Shown here in pieces: positions 59,177 to 64,000 of a stretch of 64,000 nucleotides of DNA; the first letter of the stretch is position 1; every line of letters starts with the position of its first letter. The stretch comes from Winogradskyella sp. UBA3174 (GTDB lineage Bacteria > Bacteroidota > Bacteroidia > Flavobacteriales > Flavobacteriaceae). Made by a program: the position numbers and the translations under genes. The stretch covers positions 42,281-106,280 of the forward strand of contig NZ_DEXW01000077.1 of NCBI RefSeq assembly GCF_002364335.1, written 5' to 3'. Below the pieces are notes generated by a model, which saw nothing but the letters and a program-made list of their open reading frames with translations, ran no database searches and was not told the origin of the DNA.

Positions 59177-59203
59177 GTTAATTTATCTAAAAACTAGTTT
59201 ACA

Positions 59204-59572
59204 TTGATAAACTCAAAAGATTTTACTTTACGACTTCAAAAAGTTATCGATTTTTATGAAGAGAGTGCCTCTGGTTTTGCTGAAAAAATTGGTGTGCAAC
59301 GCTCTAGTATTTCACATATACTTTCAGGCAGAAACAAGCCTAGTTTAGATTTTGTAATGAAAGTACTTAACTCCTATCCAGAAGTCGAATTATATTGGTT
59401 ACTAAATGGCAAAGGCACATTTCCTAATACAAGTCAAATCTCTGAATCACCAAATTCAAATTTAATTATTGAAGATTCAGATCAACTTATTAAAAACTCT
59501 GATTCTGATTCTGAAATTGAAAAAATTGTGATTTTCTATAAAGACGGTACTTTTAAAAGTTACAAGCCTTAA
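59204..59572 (+). CDS. XRE-like helix-turn-helix transcriptional regulator
   Basis: FAEKIGVQRSSISHILSGRNKPSLDFVMKVL HTH_3-type motif. TTG start; 122 aa. Confidence 0.75.
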   Translation: MINSKDFTLRLQKVIDFYEESASGFAEKIGVQRSSISHILSGRNKPSLDFVMKVLNSYPEVELYWLLNGKGTFPNTSQISESPNSNLIIEDSDQLIKNSDSDSEIEKIVIFYKDGTFKSYKP

Positions 59573-59613
59573 AATTCAGAAAGCTATTTCTTACCTTTGC
59601 AAAAAGATTTAAA

Positions 59614-60000
59614 ATGAAACGTTGTTTTTTAATTTTATTTGCATTAATGCTAGTTAGTTGCTACAATATAGAGCGAGATTGTACAGATTTTAAAACAGGT
59701 ACGTTTGAATTTAAATACACCATTGATGGAATTGAAAAAATTGGTCAGTTTGAACGTACAAAACTTTGGAATATCGATTACTATGAAGGCAAAGTAGATT
59801 CATCTTCTGTAAGATGGATTAATGATTGCGAATTCATTCTTAAAAAAATTAACCCCATCAATAATGCTGAAAAAGATGCGATACACATGAAAATCCTATC
59901 TACATCGGACAACTCATATACTTTTGAATATAAGCTCGCAGTTAAAAAGTCCAATAGACCTCTTTTAGTAGAGAAAGGCTTAGCGGTAAAGATTAATTAG
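59614..60000 (+). CDS. Lipoprotein (hypothetical)
   Basis: Signal peptide with lipobox LVSC; 128 aa. Confidence 0.7.
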   Translation: MKRCFLILFALMLVSCYNIERDCTDFKTGTFEFKYTIDGIEKIGQFERTKLWNIDYYEGKVDSSSVRWINDCEFILKKINPINNAEKDAIHMKILSTSDNSYTFEYKLAVKKSNRPLLVEKGLAVKIN

Positions 60001-60008
60001 ATTTCTTA

Positions 60009-60120
60009 ATGAATTCTGATGTTATCTTAGCATTAATAACACTTACCTTCTTAGAAATTATATCAGTATAGATTATATTTTTAATACTTATTGGTTTAAT
60101 GTTAACAACTAAAACTAACT
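60009..60120 (+). pseudogene. Decayed N-terminal relic of a TerC-family membrane protein gene
   Basis: ATG at 60009 gives MNSDVILALITLTFLEIISV*. After a +1 shift it continues SIDYIF. Together these resemble the conserved TerC-family start ...L(L/I)TLT.LEI.LGIDNI(I/V)F. The frame is broken and only about 35 codons remain. Confidence 0.4.
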
Positions 60121-60244
60121 AACCTTGTGAAAACTTAATTATTTGACAAAATTATCGCTGCAATTATTAGAGACTTTCCTTATTGTTCAATTGGTTTTTT
60201 ACTTTTTCTTGAGTTTGTAAATTTTAGAAGCTAGAAAAGAAAAA

Positions 60245-62896
60245 TTAAAATAAACTAGCCTGCCCTTTATCATCTGAATTTAAAGAGTCATCAGACTTAG
60301 AATCAGTTTCTAGTTTTGGCACATTCGAGATAGTCTCCTCATCAACAACTTCCATCTCATCTGCTGGCTTGGCTTCTGGTGCTTCATAAGGCAAAGACTC
60401 TAGCAAACTCACTTGATTTATTTTATCTTTAGTTAATTGATTTCCAAGAGCTGTAATCCCTTTTACTGCAATAAATTTTTCAAGATTAACTTCTAGGTTT
60501 TCCTTACGATCCACACCTCTTTCCTTGGTAAACTCCACATCTGCCATTGGTCTCCAATCTGTTGACACAATCTCTAGTTGAGAATCAGAATGGTCTGAAA
60601 TAAAAGACTCTTCTTTTCCTTCTTGCTCAATTAAAAAACGCTTTACATAGTAACGCTCTTTTTCACCATCATAATAAATAACAGAAATTGGTTTTTTAGG
60701 AATCCATTTTTCTAGCACAATCATATCACTATCAAAATGCGTCGTCATTTCTGGTATTATTGTTTTAACCATACCACTTTGTGTAATGATCAATAAACGA
60801 TCTTCTCCTCTAAACTCACCAATCAATTCACCTCGGTCATCAACATTAAGCCGCTGTACGGTATCATCAAACCAAATTTTACGAGGTTTTAAGGTCGACA
60901 CACCTTTTTCTTTGAGTTCTACGCGTTTAATTCCATATTTAGTAACCTGGTTGCCCTTAGACGTTCTTCCTTTTATTAGAATATCAGAGAAGTCTAAATC
61001 CCATTTCAGTTTTTTAATACTGCCTGCTTGGCGTAACATAATAGTCACTATTTCTGCTTCCCCATTTGGGTTTGCGGAAAAATACCATAATGCAGAACCT
61101 TTGTTACCGTTAGTTAAATCGTATTCACGATCTCTAGTCATACTAGTTACAGCAAAACGTTTTAAGTAAGAAGAACCACCTTTGCCATCACGATAAATTA
61201 TATTATAAATAGTACGCTTGTCTTTCTTCTTAAATACAGCGACGTGAATAATATTTTTACCAATAAACGTTTTAGAGTCGACTTTAGTCACCATCATTTT
61301 ACCATCGTTAGTAAAAACGATGATATCATCTATATCACTACAATCACAAACATACTCGTCACGCTTTAAAGCTGTACCAATGAAACCTTCTTCTCTATTA
61401 ACATAAAGTTTTGTGTTACGTATAATAACTTTAGTCGCATCTACATCATCAAAAACTCTGATTTCTGTTTTGCGTTCTTTACCTTCTCCGTATTCTTTTT
61501 TAAGTCTTTCAAAATATGCTATCGCATAGTCTATTAGATTCGCTAAGTGATGTTTTACTTGAGCTATTTGATCTTCTAAAGCATCAATCTTTTGCTGTGC
61601 TTTGTCAATATCAAATTTAGAAATACGTTTAATTCTAATATCTGTTAAACGCGTAATATCATCAACAGTAATTGCACGTTTTAAATGTTTTATATGTGGT
61701 TGAAGTCCTTTATCAATAGCATTAATTACACCATCCCAAGTTTCTTCTTCTTCAATATCGCGATAGATTCGCTTTTCAATAAAAATACGCTCTAAAGATG
61801 CAAAGTGCCACTGCTCTTGAAACTCACTTAGTTTAATTTCTAGTTCACTTTTTAAAAGTTGAACCGTATTGTCTGTAGAACGACGCAACATCTCTGATAC
61901 ACCAACAAAATAAGGCTTGTTGTCTTCAATCACACAACCTAATGGCGAAATAGACGTTTCACAACTGGTAAATGCATATAAAGCGTCAATCGTTTTATCT
62001 GGTGATAAACCAGATGGTAAATGAATTAATATTTCTACGTTAGCCGCTGTATTATCTTCAATTTTTTTTATCTTAATTTTTCCTTTGTCATTCGCTTTTA
62101 GAATCGAATCTATAAGGGATGACGTTGTGGTACTAAAAGGAATTTCAGTAATGACCAACGTATTTTTATCACCTGGCGAAATCTTAGCGCGAACACGAAC
62201 TTTCCCTCCTCTTAATCCATCATTATAGTTAGAAAAATCTGCATTACCTGAAGTTGGAAAATCTGGCAATATTGTAAAACGTTTACCTTTAAGATGCTTA
62301 ACCGAAGCCTCGATAAGTTCAATGAAATTATGTGGCAAAATCTTTGTAGATAAACCTACAGCAATACCTTCTCCTCCTTGCGCTAAAAGCATGGGAAACA
62401 TTACTGGCAAATTCGTAGGCTCTTTACGTCTGCCATCATAAGACGATTGCCATTCTGTAATCTTTGGATTATAAACCACGTCTAAGGCAAACTTAGATAG
62501 TCTAGCTTCAATATATCTTGATGCTGCTGCGCGATCTCCAGTTAAAATATTTCCCCAGTTTCCTTGGGTATCAATCAATAAATCTTTCTGACCAATTTGC
62601 ACCATAGCATCTGCGATACTCGCATCACCATGAGGGTGGTACTGCATCGTGTGACCTACAATATTTGCTACTTTGTTATAACGACCATCATCTAAGTCTT
62701 TCATAGAGTGCATAATACGACGCTGCACAGGCTTAAAACCATCTTCTATTGCTGGTACTGCACGCTCTAAAATTACATAAGATGCGTAATCTAAAAACCA
62801 ATCTTTAAACATCCCAGTCACCTTGGTAATAGTTTCTTGAGGTTCTAAATTTTGTTCGTTATCACTATTTTCTAATGGGTCGTTTTCTTCGCTCAT
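60245..62896 (-). CDS. parC: DNA topoisomerase IV subunit A
   Basis: 883 aa with GyrA/ParC motifs (DGFKPVQRRI, AAASRYIEARL with the catalytic Tyr) and an acidic C-terminal tail. Adjacent to the B subunit gene. Confidence 0.85.
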   Translation of the reverse strand: MSEENDPLENSDNEQNLEPQETITKVTGMFKDWFLDYASYVILERAVPAIEDGFKPVQRRIMHSMKDLDDGRYNKVANIVGHTMQYHPHGDASIADAMVQIGQKDLLIDTQGNWGNILTGDRAAASRYIEARLSKFALDVVYNPKITEWQSSYDGRRKEPTNLPVMFPMLLAQGGEGIAVGLSTKILPHNFIELIEASVKHLKGKRFTILPDFPTSGNADFSNYNDGLRGGKVRVRAKISPGDKNTLVITEIPFSTTTSSLIDSILKANDKGKIKIKKIEDNTAANVEILIHLPSGLSPDKTIDALYAFTSCETSISPLGCVIEDNKPYFVGVSEMLRRSTDNTVQLLKSELEIKLSEFQEQWHFASLERIFIEKRIYRDIEEEETWDGVINAIDKGLQPHIKHLKRAITVDDITRLTDIRIKRISKFDIDKAQQKIDALEDQIAQVKHHLANLIDYAIAYFERLKKEYGEGKERKTEIRVFDDVDATKVIIRNTKLYVNREEGFIGTALKRDEYVCDCSDIDDIIVFTNDGKMMVTKVDSKTFIGKNIIHVAVFKKKDKRTIYNIIYRDGKGGSSYLKRFAVTSMTRDREYDLTNGNKGSALWYFSANPNGEAEIVTIMLRQAGSIKKLKWDLDFSDILIKGRTSKGNQVTKYGIKRVELKEKGVSTLKPRKIWFDDTVQRLNVDDRGELIGEFRGEDRLLIITQSGMVKTIIPEMTTHFDSDMIVLEKWIPKKPISVIYYDGEKERYYVKRFLIEQEGKEESFISDHSDSQLEIVSTDWRPMADVEFTKERGVDRKENLEVNLEKFIAVKGITALGNQLTKDKINQVSLLESLPYEAPEAKPADEMEVVDEETISNVPKLETDSKSDDSLNSDDKGQASLF

Positions 62897-63005
62897 ATAC
62901 TTAACATTCCTTTGCTTACAGGAATTTATTCTTATTCTATTCTTGTTTTATTCTATATATCGCTTGCTGCTTTCGTAAGATTAATAAACAATTAAATTTT
63001 TAATC

Positions 63006-64000
63006 TTAATCCTCAATAACATCCAATTCAACTTTCAAGTTATTAATAATAAACTCTTGACGTGTTGGTGTGTTTTTACCCATGTAAAAAGATAATAATT
63101 CTTCAATAGACATATCCTTATCTAACATTACAGGATCTAATCGTATATCTTCTCCTATAAAATGAACAAATTCATCGGGAGAAATTTCACCCAAACCTTT
63201 AAATCGAGTAATCTCTGGTTTTGGTTTTAATTTTTCAACGGCTTCTCTTCGTTCTTCCGGTGAATAACAATAAATCGTTTCCTTTTTATTTCTAACTCTA
63301 AATAACGGAGTTTGTAAAATATACAAATGCCCTTCTTTTATAACTTCTGGGAAGAATTGCAAGAAGAACGTGATCAACAATAATCTAATGTGCATACCAT
63401 CAACATCAGCATCAGTAGCTATCACCACATTATTATATCTTAAATCTTCAAGAGATTCTTCTATGTTTAAAGCGGCTTGTAATAGATTGAATTCTTCATT
63501 CTCATAAACAATCTTTTTACTTAAACCATAAGAATTTAAAGGCTTCCCTTTTAGGCTAAAAACGGCTTGTGTATTAACATCACGTGATTTTGTTATACTA
63601 CCAGAAGCGGAATCTCCTTCAGTAATAAACAAGGTTGTCTCTAGATTTCTTGCATTTTTAGTATCACCAAAGTGCACGCGACAATCGCGTAATTTTTTAT
63701 TATGAAGACTTGATTTTTTAGCGCGGTCTTTTGCTAATTTTCTAATACCAGATAATTCTTTACGCTCACGTTCTGCTTGAAGAATTTTACGTTGAATCTT
63801 TTCTGCAGAATTGGGGTTTTTATGTAAAAAATTGTCCAAGTACTTCTTAACGAAATCATTGATATAGCTTCTAACAGTAGGCAGTTTTCCTCCCATATCT
63901 GTAGAACCAAGCTTGGTTTTGGTCTGGCTCTCAAAAATAGGTTCCATTACTTTTATGGCAATCGCAGTCACGACAGATTTCCTTATATCTGAAGCTTCAT
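63006..64000 (-). CDS. parE: DNA topoisomerase IV subunit B, partial (N-terminus beyond the window edge)
   Basis: TOPRIM and C-terminal motifs ([25 protein letters not shown]). The frame stays open to position 64000, beyond the track ORF start at 63971. Confidence 0.85.
   Translation of the reverse strand, partial: EASDIRKSVVTAIAIKVMEPIFESQTKTKLGSTDMGGKLPTVRSYINDFVKKYLDNFLHKNPNSAEKIQRKILQAERERKELSGIRKLAKDRAKKSSLHNKKLRDCRVHFGDTKNARNLETTLFITEGDSASGSITKSRDVNTQAVFSLKGKPLNSYGLSKKIVYENEEFNLLQAALNIEESLEDLRYNNVVIATDADVDGMHIRLLLITFFLQFFPEVIKEGHLYILQTPLFRVRNKKETIYCYSPEERREAVEKLKPKPEITRFKGLGEISPDEFVHFIGEDIRLDPVMLDKDMSIEELLSFYMGKNTPTRQEFIINNLKVELDVIED

Overview
Low-GC chromosomal window that looks like Bacteroidota, Flavobacteriia type. 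Supporting signs are a fused lpxC/fabZ, a REC-PglZ PorX-like regulator, a T9SS C-terminal sorting domain, and no Shine-Dalgarno signals. Region 1-23 kb is core metabolism, mostly on the minus strand. It holds the his operon hisG-D-C-B-H-A-F (hisF cut by the window edge) preceded by a His-rich leader peptide plus terminator hairpin. It also holds SPFH and vWA-like membrane proteins, fabG, sucD, the lipid A cluster lpxD2-efp-lpxA-lpxC/fabZ-lpxD, an HD hydrolase, divergent porX, tsaE and ald. Region 23-54 kb is accessory surface-glycan DNA. It starts with a UDP-GlcA 4-epimerase-like gene and ugd, then a 1213-aa pectate-lyase-like T9SS cargo protein with five tandem ~70-aa modules. A roughly 24-kb Wzx/Wzy plus Wza/Wzc polysaccharide locus follows. 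That locus carries five GT4 genes, an acetyltransferase, two AsnB-type amidotransferases and two paralogous TupA-like ATP-grasp genes, each paired with a GT4. It also has a pglA/pglC/pglE/pglF-like set in which a divergent ATP-grasp + HAD pair sits where an N-acetyltransferase is expected. Region 54-64 kb is core again: proline dehydrogenase, aroB, DinB, Lrp/AsnC, M14 peptidase, HTH regulator, a lipoprotein, a decayed TerC-like gene relic, parC and parE (cut by the edge). I saw no rRNA, tRNA, CRISPR array, transposase or integrase. The best candidates for novelty are three. First, the amidoligase-rich glycan locus, read as a hypothetical amide or amino-acid decorated uronic-acid polymer. Second, a structured ~110-nt intergenic repeat family with four copies in the first 15 kb, two of them inside the his operon. 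Third, the his leader-peptide attenuator. All functional calls come from reading motifs by eye; no searches were run.
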